A DNA stretch of 60,028 bases, the filler included. It is 5 parts of 5 records of this genome, joined end to end, with 100 filler letters (N's around TTAATTAATTAA, not from the genome) between each part and the next. Parts side by side here need not be neighbours in the genome. Positions count along the whole stretch, not along the records: positions 37,783 to 52,546 come from SRR31156797_8408; positions 52,647 to 60,028 come from SRR31156797_8410; 3 more parts are not named here. One strand, written 5' to 3'. The position numbers were made by a program, and so were the translations under genes. Position 1 is the stretch's first letter. Each line of letters opens with the position of its first letter. Of this stretch, positions 51,965-60,028 are shown piece by piece. Under the pieces are notes generated by a model. That model was not told where the DNA came from. It did no database searches and was given only the letters and a program-made list of their open reading frames with translations.

Positions 51965-52546
51965 ATGGAAAAGTATCAGTTCTCAAAAATAAAAAATGAA
52001 ATTTTATTTGAAGACTTTTCAAGAGATTTTATGAAAATATTATATCCAGATTCTATGTTCCAACTTTATGGTAAAAAGGGTCAATCTCAATTTGGAATTG
52101 ATGGATTTAGTACGTCAGAAAATATTTACTTTCAATCTAAGCATAAAAGTAAAGATTCTATTAAAGATAAAAATATAATAGATGAATTAAATGATGAATT
52201 TTCTGTAGCTAAATCTAAAATTCAAATATTATCAGATAATAAAAAATCAAGATATTTATATATTACAACACATAAACAATCAACAATAATTCAAGATGAA
52301 GCTAAAAATATTTCTACAAAAGAAATAACAGTTGAATATTGGGGATGGGAAACTATTGAATCATCATTAAATGATCTTTATAAAAAAGAAAATATTGACT
52401 TTTTCTATAAGTATTATCCAGAGATTGCAAGAAACTTAGAAGATAATAGTATTTCAAAACAATTAAGTATAAAATCTGCTGCTAACATAAATGGGTTTAT
52501 TGGAAGAGAAGAAGAATGGAATGACCCCTATAAAATAGACACAAAT
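51965..52546 (+). CDS. Restriction-endonuclease-like (Mrr/Cap4-type) domain plus start of a probable STAND NTPase; truncated
   Basis: FE...D...YG..GQ.Q.GIDG...QSK and W.WE.I motifs; FIGREEE just before the break. Confidence 0.7.
52517..52546. mobile_element. Probable IS3-family terminal inverted repeat at the contig end
   Basis: TGGAATGACCCCTATAAAATAGACACA resembles IS3/IS150-group ends; coincides with the assembly break. Confidence 0.55.
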
Positions 52547-52646
52547 NNNNNNNNNNNNNNNNNNNNNNNNNNNNNNNNNNNNNNNNNNNNTTAATTAATT
52601 AANNNNNNNNNNNNNNNNNNNNNNNNNNNNNNNNNNNNNNNNNNNN
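52547..52646. other. Artificial contig linker
   Basis: N44-TTAATTAATTAA-N44. Confidence 0.99.
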
Positions 52647-53645
52647 ATTTACAACTTCAGGAATAACAGGATTTACCTTCCCGGGCATTATAGATGAGCC
52701 AGGTTGAACTTGCGGCAAGTTAATTTCACCAAAACCATTTCTCGGTCCACTAGACATAAGCCTCAAATCATTTGAAATTTTAGATAAATTAATTGCACAA
52801 GTTTTTATCGCTGCAGACACCCATACAAAAGAATCTAGATTTTGTGTAGCATCAATTAAATTATCTGATTGATAAACATCTATAGCTGTTACTTTTGTTA
52901 TATTTAATGCTATTTTATTAACATAATAAATATCTGCATTAAGTCCGGTACCAACTGCAGTTCCTCCCATATTCATAAATCTTAACTCATCTATTGTTTG
53001 TCTTACCCTTTTTATATCTCTAGAAATTACACAAGCATATGCTTCAAACTCTTGTCCTAATCTTATTGGTACTGCATCTTGAAGTTGGGTTCTTCCAATT
53101 TTTATAACATCATTGAATTCTTTTGCTTTCTCTTTAAAAACTCTTTGTATTTCAATCAATTCATTTATTAAAGGTTTTATTAATATTAGAGTCGCAAGTT
53201 TTCCGCTACTTGGAATTACATCGTTTGTTGACTGCCCCATATTAACATCATCATTTGGATGAATAAATTTATACTCACCTTTTTTTCCTCCAAGCAATTC
53301 ATCAGCTCTGTTAGCAATCACTTCATTTGCGTTCATATTCATAGATGTACCTGCCCCACCTTGAATAGCGTCAGTAATAAAATGATTATGAAAGTTACCT
53401 TCTACGATTTCACGACAAGCATTCATTATTGCGTTTCCTTTTTCTTCTTCCATCACTCCAGCTTCAATATTCGTTAAAGCTGATGCTTCCTTTAACATTG
53501 CCAAAGCTTTAATAAATGCTGGATGAAGCATTGATCTAGTAATTCTAAAATTTTCCTCTGCTCTTAGAGCTTGAATTCCATAATAAGCATCTTCTTTTAC
53601 ATTTTTTGATCCAATTGAGTCACTTTCACTCCTATAATTGCTCAT
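52647..53645 (-). CDS. aspA: Aspartate ammonia-lyase, 3'-truncated
   Basis: QGGAGTS.NMNANEVIAN, HPNDDVN..QSTND, GRTQLQDA, GSSIMPGKVNP. Confidence 0.93.
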
Positions 53646-53742
53646 TTTTTTCTCCTCGCATAATGAAACTGATTGTTATTTTTCTTAATTTTAACTAAAT
53701 CATCAAATTTGTTATTTGTAAATTTCCTTACAGAAAGAAATA

Positions 53743-54384
53743 CTAAAGAGCAACTTCAACTTCTTTTTCTTTTAAAATATCTTTTATTAAACTAATTGGA
53801 AAGTTACTACTTTCTCTCATAACTTTAACTGTTTCTTCTCTTAAATCTAACTGAGTAGTACCTGAGTTTCCTCTTTCTTCTTCACAATCTATATACATCG
53901 CTACTTGAGTTCCGAAATATTCAATAGCCTTTTCTATCGTAGTTGCTTCAGGATTACCCGCTGTATTTGCTGAAGAGATTGCTAATATTCTATTTGATTC
54001 TTCATACACTTTTTTAGTTTCATTATTCTGCCAAAAAACACATATAGAATCATTATTCGGTACTGCGTGTTCAAATATATTTCCATTCTTATTTAATAAA
54101 AAACTAACTTTACCAGGAAGTAATTCATTCATCATTTTTTCGTGATCATCACTTTTAATACTGCAATAATTTTTAATTACTTTTTTATCCATAATTATTG
54201 ATAAAGGTTTGTTTGATTTACTTTTTCTAATTTCTCTTAATTTTTCTACTGCATTTTTATTATTAGCGTCACAGACTACAGCATATACTGCATCTGTTGG
54301 TACTACTACTACCTCACCATCTCTTATCGCTTCTCCTGCCAATTGAAATGTTCTATCGGATATTTTAAATATTTTATTTTGCAT
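53743..54384 (-). CDS. Divergent YrdC/TsaC/Sua5-family adenylyltransferase-like protein
   Basis: G.VV.VPTD.VY, KPL, LPG, SSAN; KxR and VRxP motifs altered. Confidence 0.85.
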   Translation of the reverse strand: MQNKIFKISDRTFQLAGEAIRDGEVVVVPTDAVYAVVCDANNKNAVEKLREIRKSKSNKPLSIIMDKKVIKNYCSIKSDDHEKMMNELLPGKVSFLLNKNGNIFEHAVPNNDSICVFWQNNETKKVYEESNRILAISSANTAGNPEATTIEKAIEYFGTQVAMYIDCEEERGNSGTTQLDLREETVKVMRESSNFPISLIKDILKEKEVEVAL

Positions 54385-54433
54385 TTATAATTTCTCCCTT
54401 TCCCTAATTAAATATTTTATTTAAGTATAATTA

Positions 54434-55042
54434 TTATATTGTTTCTTCCAATAAATTTGGATATAAACAATCAACTTTATTCTTAGCATTTGTTTTAATT
54501 TCTTCAAAGATATTATTACCTTTTGAATCAATTCCTACAATTAAAGGTCCTATCTTATCAAATTCCATAACCCAAATAGCTTCTGGCATTCCCAATTCTT
54601 CTAACCAATACTGTTTATTTATTTTTCTAACTTTCTCTGTATGGATAGTTGCACATCCATGCGCTGCTGTTAAGTACACCATTTTATGCTTTTGCATAGC
54701 TACAGTAGTAAAATTTCCCATACCGCCTTTTCCGATAATTGCCTTAACCCCTAATTGACCTATAAAATTTGAATATCGCTCCATTCTTAAACTAGTTGTA
54801 GGTCCTATACCCTTTATATTATAAATACCTTCTTCCATTTTAACTATAGGTCCTGCATGAAATATTGCATAGCCTTCCAATTCTTCTTCAAATTTATTTT
54901 CAGTTTCATAGAGCTTTTTCAACTTAAGATGTGCACCATCACGAGCTGTTAAAACTTTATTGCTTAAATACACTATATCTCCTGCATCAAGTTTTTCAAT
55001 CTCATCACTTTTTAATGGTGTTGATAAATGGTATTCTTTCAT
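54434..55042 (-). CDS. Fe-S hydro-lyase beta subunit (class I fumarase / tartrate dehydratase family)
   Basis: L.AGD.VYL, TARD.AH, GPTTS.RM, IGKGG, LGMPEA, D..GN. Confidence 0.92.
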   Translation of the reverse strand: MKEYHLSTPLKSDEIEKLDAGDIVYLSNKVLTARDGAHLKLKKLYETENKFEEELEGYAIFHAGPIVKMEEGIYNIKGIGPTTSLRMERYSNFIGQLGVKAIIGKGGMGNFTTVAMQKHKMVYLTAAHGCATIHTEKVRKINKQYWLEELGMPEAIWVMEFDKIGPLIVGIDSKGNNIFEEIKTNAKNKVDCLYPNLLEETI

Positions 55043-55070
55043 ATAATTTTCTCCTCGTATATAAATATTT

Positions 55071-55946
55071 TTAAAATTCCATCCATTCTATATTTCCATC
55101 CGGAAACATCCTTACACCAGCACGGCGAGCAGCCCAACAATGAAAATTAACTACAACCGGACAAATTGCCGTATGAGTAGCTGCCGTTTCTATATTTACT
55201 GCAAGTGTTGTTGTTCTACCACCTAGACCACCACTCCCGATATTAAGTGAATTAATTTGCTCTAAAAGTTCTGTTTCAATTTCCTGAATATGCTTCTCTT
55301 CATTTCTTTGTTTCCAACTTCTAGTGCTGACAGCTTTTCTACTCATTTTAGCAGCAACATCTATTTGTCCACCGATTCCAATTCCTATAGCAGATGGCAG
55401 ACATGGTTTCCCTCCTGCATTACTTACACACTCCAAAACAAATCTTTTTATTCCTTCATAATTTTCTCCCATTTCGGCTAGAGTAAAAACTTTCATTTTA
55501 TTGAAAACTTCAACCCCACATCCCTTAAAACTTGCTATTAATTCAATGTGTTCTAAGTCTTTTGAATACTCATATTCAAAATTTGGTGCTCTTAAACCAC
55601 TATTATCCCCATTATTTTTTCTAGTTAATGGATCAACTATACTAGGTCTGAATAAGCCCTCTTTAGTTAACTCAACAATACTGGTTTTAACAAATTTTTC
55701 AATATTTTCAATAAAAAAATTTTGTCCAAATTTAATATAAAAAGTTCCATACCCCGGTGACTGACACATTGCTTTTTTCTTTTCCCCAGAAAGAACAATA
55801 TTATCTACGATACTTCCTAACATTAACTTGGAAGAATCTTCAAATGAAGTCTCATAACTTTCAGTTAACATACATTTGCAATCATTTGAAACATTATATG
55901 TTGTTCTCTCTACTAATTCTTTTATAATTTTTTGATATTTCCCCAT
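55071..55946 (-). CDS. Fe-S hydro-lyase alpha subunit (class I fumarase / tartrate dehydratase family)
   Basis: CQSPG, RPSIV.PL.R.N..DN, KG.G.E, GKPC.P, G.GG, CWA.R. Confidence 0.9.
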   Translation of the reverse strand: MGKYQKIIKELVERTTYNVSNDCKCMLTESYETSFEDSSKLMLGSIVDNIVLSGEKKKAMCQSPGYGTFYIKFGQNFFIENIEKFVKTSIVELTKEGLFRPSIVDPLTRKNNGDNSGLRAPNFEYEYSKDLEHIELIASFKGCGVEVFNKMKVFTLAEMGENYEGIKRFVLECVSNAGGKPCLPSAIGIGIGGQIDVAAKMSRKAVSTRSWKQRNEEKHIQEIETELLEQINSLNIGSGGLGGRTTTLAVNIETAATHTAICPVVVNFHCWAARRAGVRMFPDGNIEWMEF

Positions 55947-55962
55947 TTTTCCCCCAGTAGAA

Positions 55963-56514
55963 TTATTGATTATAAATTAATGTTTTTTCCCCTATTTCTC
56001 TTGATTTCTCATCTCCGCATAATACCTGAATTAACTTTAGTGCAAAATCAGCAGATGTTCCCGGTCCTTTTGATGTTATTATTTTTTCGTCTAAGACAAC
56101 TTTTTCATTTGTAATTACCGCACCTGCTAAGGTTCCTTCGAATCCAGGATAACATATTGCTTTTTTTCCTTTTAATATTCCTAACTCACCTAATACTTTT
56201 GGAGCAGCACAAATAGCTCCTATCCATTTCTTTTTCTCATAATAATTTATTATTAAACTCTTAACTTCATCAGAATTATTTAAATTCTCCATTCCTTTTA
56301 AACCACCTGGAAGTACAAGCATATCAAAATCATTTTTATTGACTTCACTTAATAGAGCATCTGCTTTTACAGACACATTGAAATGTCCTGTAACTGTCAA
56401 ATCATTTTCAATTGCTGCTGTCACCACCGTTACTCCAGCTCTTCTCAAAAAATCAACTTGAGTCAATGCTTCAACTTCTTCAAATCCATTTGCAAGTAAT
56501 ACTAACGCTTTCAT
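55963..56514 (-). CDS. DJ-1/YajL/ThiJ family protein
   Basis: GFEE.E, LPGG, catalytic AICAAP, TS.GPGT; ATG 56514 follows AGGAG. Confidence 0.94.
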   Translation of the reverse strand: MKALVLLANGFEEVEALTQVDFLRRAGVTVVTAAIENDLTVTGHFNVSVKADALLSEVNKNDFDMLVLPGGLKGMENLNNSDEVKSLIINYYEKKKWIGAICAAPKVLGELGILKGKKAICYPGFEGTLAGAVITNEKVVLDEKIITSKGPGTSADFALKLIQVLCGDEKSREIGEKTLIYNQ

Positions 56515-56528
56515 TTTTTTCACTCCTT

Positions 56529-57758
56529 TTATATTTTTCCCTTTGATAAAATAAATAGACTACTATATAACGCAACTGTCATTACTAATAAAACTTTAAA
56601 AACTGTATAAATATCATATGTTTTCAAAATCCAGAAACATATTAAAACCATCATTACATTTATTAAACCGAACGCTGCTTCTGTTAATGCTATTATTTGG
56701 GATCTGTTATTTTCTGATTTTATTGCTGCATTTATTCTTGTCATAGAGTGTGGTCTAATTGCACCTGTCATAACGTACATAATAAATGGCGCAAACACTA
56801 CTAGTCTATTTTTTACTAAGCAAAGTAAAATTAAAGAACTAATCAACGAAAGAACTAAAATAATACTAAAACGGTGCTCCCCAAATTTTTCTCTTAATTT
56901 CATAGTTGATTTTCCAACAAAAAAACCTGTTAATGTATAACTACCCAGTATAATTCCAAAGAAACCTACGGATATATGCAGAGTTTCAAAAAAATAGAAT
57001 GGAAAAATTGAAACTGCTAAAGTCATAATTATTGCTCTTGAAATCGAATAAAAAAGCATGTTGTTAAGCAATAATCTATTTCCTAATTCATCTCTAATTG
57101 ATGAATCTACTGCTTTAATATTTTTATTTTCAATATTATTTTTAACTTCTTTAAATGAAAATACCAGTATTGCACATATCAAATGAGCTGGAAAAGTTAA
57201 CAAAAATGGAAGTCGAACATCAACTGTACTAACAAGTCCTCCTATTACACCAGCTCCAAGAAAAGAAAGAAATACTGTACTCGATGATTTTGCTTCATGT
57301 AATTTGTAATTTTCAATATTATTATCTCTACAATATCTATAGAGAAAAGCTCCATCTGAACCGGCAGCAAAAGAATAACCTACCCCTCCTATTACTTGTG
57401 CTAATAGTAACAAATAAAAATGTTGTATATTCGAAATTGTTAAATCTGATGAAAAATAAATTAATGCAACAGCTGTAGCTTTGAATAATTCTCCTGCAAT
57501 AAGCATTTTTTTAGGAGAAATTCGCTTAGTTATATTTGTTATCATTGGAAAACCTGCTATTGTTGTCATCAATCCATAAGTCGATATTAAGATAGCTATC
57601 TTTAATATGCTCATTTGCATCATCAAAAAATATACTACTAAAACAGGAACATAAAATGACAATCTTGATATAAATCGATATAGATAAAATCTCAATATTG
57701 TTGTATCCATTTTATCTTTTTTTCTTAAATTTGCTTTGGCTGACAAGTTATTATTCAA
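56529..57758 (-). CDS. MFS transporter (probable exporter)
   Basis: About 12 hydrophobic segments; G.GYSFA.G.D.A.LY pattern; TTG start with GGGG RBS. Confidence 0.85.
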   Translation of the reverse strand: MNNNLSAKANLRKKDKMDTTILRFYLYRFISRLSFYVPVLVVYFLMMQMSILKIAILISTYGLMTTIAGFPMITNITKRISPKKMLIAGELFKATAVALIYFSSDLTISNIQHFYLLLLAQVIGGVGYSFAAGSDGAFLYRYCRDNNIENYKLHEAKSSSTVFLSFLGAGVIGGLVSTVDVRLPFLLTFPAHLICAILVFSFKEVKNNIENKNIKAVDSSIRDELGNRLLLNNMLFYSISRAIIMTLAVSIFPFYFFETLHISVGFFGIILGSYTLTGFFVGKSTMKLREKFGEHRFSIILVLSLISSLILLCLVKNRLVVFAPFIMYVMTGAIRPHSMTRINAAIKSENNRSQIIALTEAAFGLINVMMVLICFWILKTYDIYTVFKVLLVMTVALYSSLFILSKGKI

Positions 57759-57789
57759 AAAATCATCCCCTTTAATTAATTTTGACTTA

Positions 57790-57820
57790 ATTATAAAGGA
57801 TGACGTAAGGTAAGCTGCAA
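57790..57820 (-). promoter_or_regulatory. MerR-type promoter for the MFS-aspA operon
   Basis: TTGCAG-N19-TATAAT with imperfect dyad TTACCT-T-ACGTCA in the spacer. Confidence 0.75.
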
Positions 57821-57827
57821 GTACTTT

Positions 57828-59024
57828 TTATTTTTTTGCAATTAATATCCCCGTTTCTTTTTTAATAAATATCTCTTTTTCTGCATTCAGTTTATCACTA
57901 AGAATTTTTTTTAATTTAGTTAATTTCCTTCCTTTGAATATGATATTCTTTTGATCCTCCATTGAGTTAATATAATTTAAGATGGGTTCTACCCTATTTA
58001 CGACTAAATTATCCTCATAATTATATCTATAAACATCTTTAAATACATTTTCTAATTGACTTAAGCCAGTCTCCAGATTAAATCTATCAATAAAACTCCA
58101 TTGATCTTTTGTTTTTCCAAAATCGATTTTTTCCGTTAGATCTTTCAATTCTTGTAAATGATTTTTTCCAACTGTAGAGATAAAGGCCGTTCCATTTTTC
58201 TTTAAAACTCTGTGTAATTCTTTCAGTGCTTTTTCTATATTTTTAATATGATATAGTGTGTGATTTGCTATTACTATGTCATAACTATTATCTTCATATG
58301 GAAGTTCACAAACATCAGCTACTTCAAATTTAAAGATTCTTAATTTTTCACTTAACCGTCTCTTTGATTCTTCTACCATTCTTAACTCAATATCTGTTAA
58401 AGTTACTTCCAAAGAGTTATCTATTTTATCAATATTTTTTTCCCATAATCTCCCATTTCCACAACCAATCTCCAATACTTTCATTTTTTTGCTTAAGTTC
58501 ATTTTTTCATAGCACCACTCATACCAACCAAGTTCTTTATTTGTTGAAAATTCTTCATGAAGATTTATTCTTCTACTCAAATTACTTAAATTTTTATATT
58601 GATTGACTGAAATTTCAGTTGCTTTTACGGCTTTTATTATATTTGTAAATTTACTCCAACTGTTTTCTTTATCATCTAAATTCCTTTTAGCGTCACTAAT
58701 CATATCAATTACATTATTAATGTGATTAACTTTTTCTTTTAAAGCTTTTTCTTGAGCATTTAGTATTTCATAAAAATCTCTTTGAGAATTAATGTCAATT
58801 ATCTCTTTAATTTCCTTTAAAGAAAACCCTACCAACTTTAATGTTAAAATTTCCTGTAATTTTATTATGTCGTCATTACTATAAAATCTAATTCCTTTTG
58901 TGCCATATTCCGTTGGATTAAGTAAATTTATATTGTCATAATATCTTATTGTTCTAATTGTTACATTCGTTAATTTTGCAACTTCCCCAACTGTATATAA
59001 TTTTTCTTCAAATTTTTTTTCCAC
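57828..59024 (-). CDS. MerR-family regulator fused to a class I SAM methyltransferase domain
   Basis: YTVGEVAK...T.RT.RYYD...LL.P; VLEIGCG.G.LW, D..LPY, ANH.LYH; GTG 59024 follows AGGAG. Confidence 0.92.
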   Translation of the reverse strand: MEKKFEEKLYTVGEVAKLTNVTIRTIRYYDNINLLNPTEYGTKGIRFYSNDDIIKLQEILTLKLVGFSLKEIKEIIDINSQRDFYEILNAQEKALKEKVNHINNVIDMISDAKRNLDDKENSWSKFTNIIKAVKATEISVNQYKNLSNLSRRINLHEEFSTNKELGWYEWCYEKMNLSKKMKVLEIGCGNGRLWEKNIDKIDNSLEVTLTDIELRMVEESKRRLSEKLRIFKFEVADVCELPYEDNSYDIVIANHTLYHIKNIEKALKELHRVLKKNGTAFISTVGKNHLQELKDLTEKIDFGKTKDQWSFIDRFNLETGLSQLENVFKDVYRYNYEDNLVVNRVEPILNYINSMEDQKNIIFKGRKLTKLKKILSDKLNAEKEIFIKKETGILIAKK

Positions 59025-59263
59025 ATCAATCTCCTTTTTCAGGTTGATTATTTTCATTATTTTGGTGTTTCTTATCGATTTATTGTATTAAATATTTAGC
59101 AACTGAATTTCTTTTGTGTTTTTTTAGCATTTTCAGACTTAAAAACAACCAAACCCTACCTAACTACAAAGCATAAGTTAACCAAACAGGATTCTTTTAC
59201 TCGACATATAGATTTTATCACACACTACTTATAAGTTCAATTTAATCTATTCTTTTAAGCAAT

Positions 59264-59303
59264 AAAAAAAGACTAACTTAGAATAAATCTAAATTAGCCT
59301 TTT
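59264..59303 (-). terminator. Intrinsic terminator after the HEPN gene
   Basis: AAAAGGCTAATTTAGA / TCTAAGTTAGTCTTTTTTT on the minus strand. Confidence 0.7.
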
Positions 59304-59313
59304 AAATATTTGT

Positions 59314-60027
59314 TTATATTTTACTTTTATAATAATCTATTCTTTCTTTACAGATTTTTTCAGTTAAGCCCTTAAGTACTTCAACTCTTTCGACTAAGTA
59401 CTCAAGTTCCTCTTTTGTAACTTTAAAATTATGATTATACCTAGAATCTATATATGCAGCTTTTAATAGTTTAAATAAACGCTCTTCCTCAGGTGTAGTC
59501 ATAGGGAATACCATACTGAACCTCTTATCCTCATTCCACGCCATTCTTCCAAGTTTGGACAAGTTGTGAGTTTTGGGCTTATAATCAGTAAATACAAGTA
59601 AAATAGTCATGTATAATTTTTCAGTTGCTTGATGAAGCATAAATGATGCGAGCTTATATTTTTTTAGACTATTTTTTTCAACAGCTCCGTTAAAATAAAA
59701 CTCATAACCTTCCATAAATTCAACAGCACTCTCAAATGTTTCATCAAAATAACTCTGTGATTTTTCAGCTAAAAATTCATAAGTGATACCTTTTGGTTCT
59801 TCAAATTCATAGTTTTTGCTATTAGTTAAGATATAGCCCTCTTTGTAAATATCACAGAAGAAATACCTTCTTTCCTCTAGCATTTTTACAATATATGGAT
59901 AACCATGATATATAATACCAATTGGTGTCTCTAAGCTCAAAGCATTAACTGCATTCTCAATACTTGATTGAAATGGAATAGTTTTAGCTTTCTTCTCGCT
60001 ATTCATCACAAAGAGTAGATCATAATC
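59314..60027 (-). CDS. Nucleotidyltransferase-HEPN fusion protein, 5'-truncated by window edge
   Basis: Frame open to the edge with DYDLL (MNT motif); F.LHQA.E, KTHNL, AYIDSRY (HEPN). Confidence 0.88.
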   Translation of the reverse strand, partial: DYDLLFVMNSEKKAKTIPFQSSIENAVNALSLETPIGIIYHGYPYIVKMLEERRYFFCDIYKEGYILTNSKNYEFEEPKGITYEFLAEKSQSYFDETFESAVEFMEGYEFYFNGAVEKNSLKKYKLASFMLHQATEKLYMTILLVFTDYKPKTHNLSKLGRMAWNEDKRFSMVFPMTTPEEERLFKLLKAAYIDSRYNHNFKVTKEELEYLVERVEVLKGLTEKICKERIDYYKSKI

Positions 60028-60028
60028 A

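Larger units (their letters stand above)
38833..52546. mobile_element. Integrated filamentous (inovirus-like) prophage with cargo; right end beyond the contig
   Basis: att remnant, AlpA, HUH Rep, secretin, Zot, virion genes and repressor in 38833-48158; inclusion of the cargo 48216-52546 is inferred. Confidence 0.85.

Noticed and set aside
59314-60027. MNT-HEPN fusion as part of the MerR operon or a novel defence system
   Set aside because: A terminator separates it from the MerR gene, the fusion is a common family, and its upstream context is outside the window.

Overview
The window is not one locus. It is five unrelated contigs joined by 100-bp artificial linkers (N44-TTAATTAATTAA-N44) at 9377-9476, 19198-19297, 37683-37782 and 52547-52646. 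Taxonomy below is inferred from gene content and style. (1) 1-9376, Clostridia-like: small lipoproteins, gatCAB, a DnaA-box cluster, a phosphodiester glycosidase, a two-OB-fold SSB, a Gx transporter and deoB. (2) 9477-19197, Bacteroidota: ligA, a DEDDh exonuclease, dapA, LpoB/COG3014, H-NOX, a degenerate esterase, YceI, AraC and a partial tRNA. (3) 19298-37682, Bacteroidota: a beta-1,3-glucan (laminarin-type) PUL (Y_Y_Y-LuxR regulator, SusC/D, PKD lipoprotein, GH5, GH16, GH3) plus a two-component pair. (4) 37783-52546, very AT-rich and Campylobacterota/Arcobacter-like: a probably tRNA-integrated filamentous prophage (att remnant, AlpA, HUH Rep, secretin, Zot, pIII/pVI/pVIII-like genes, repressor). 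It carries a TraX-family acetylase directly upstream of a major coat gene with a long leader. It is followed by a four-gene cargo operon: GIY-YIG-like/GHKL ATPase/histidine kinase fusion, receiver protein, caspase-like (His-Cys) protease, and a restriction-like nuclease with the start of a probable STAND NTPase, cut by an IS3-like end. This operon is the best candidate for an undescribed anti-phage system. (5) 52647-60028, Firmicutes-like: a MerR-methyltransferase regulator and a 19-bp-spacer promoter driving MFS, DJ-1, a two-subunit Fe-S hydro-lyase, a divergent YrdC/TsaC and aspartase, plus a partial MNT-HEPN gene. All calls come from motif recognition by eye; no searches were run.
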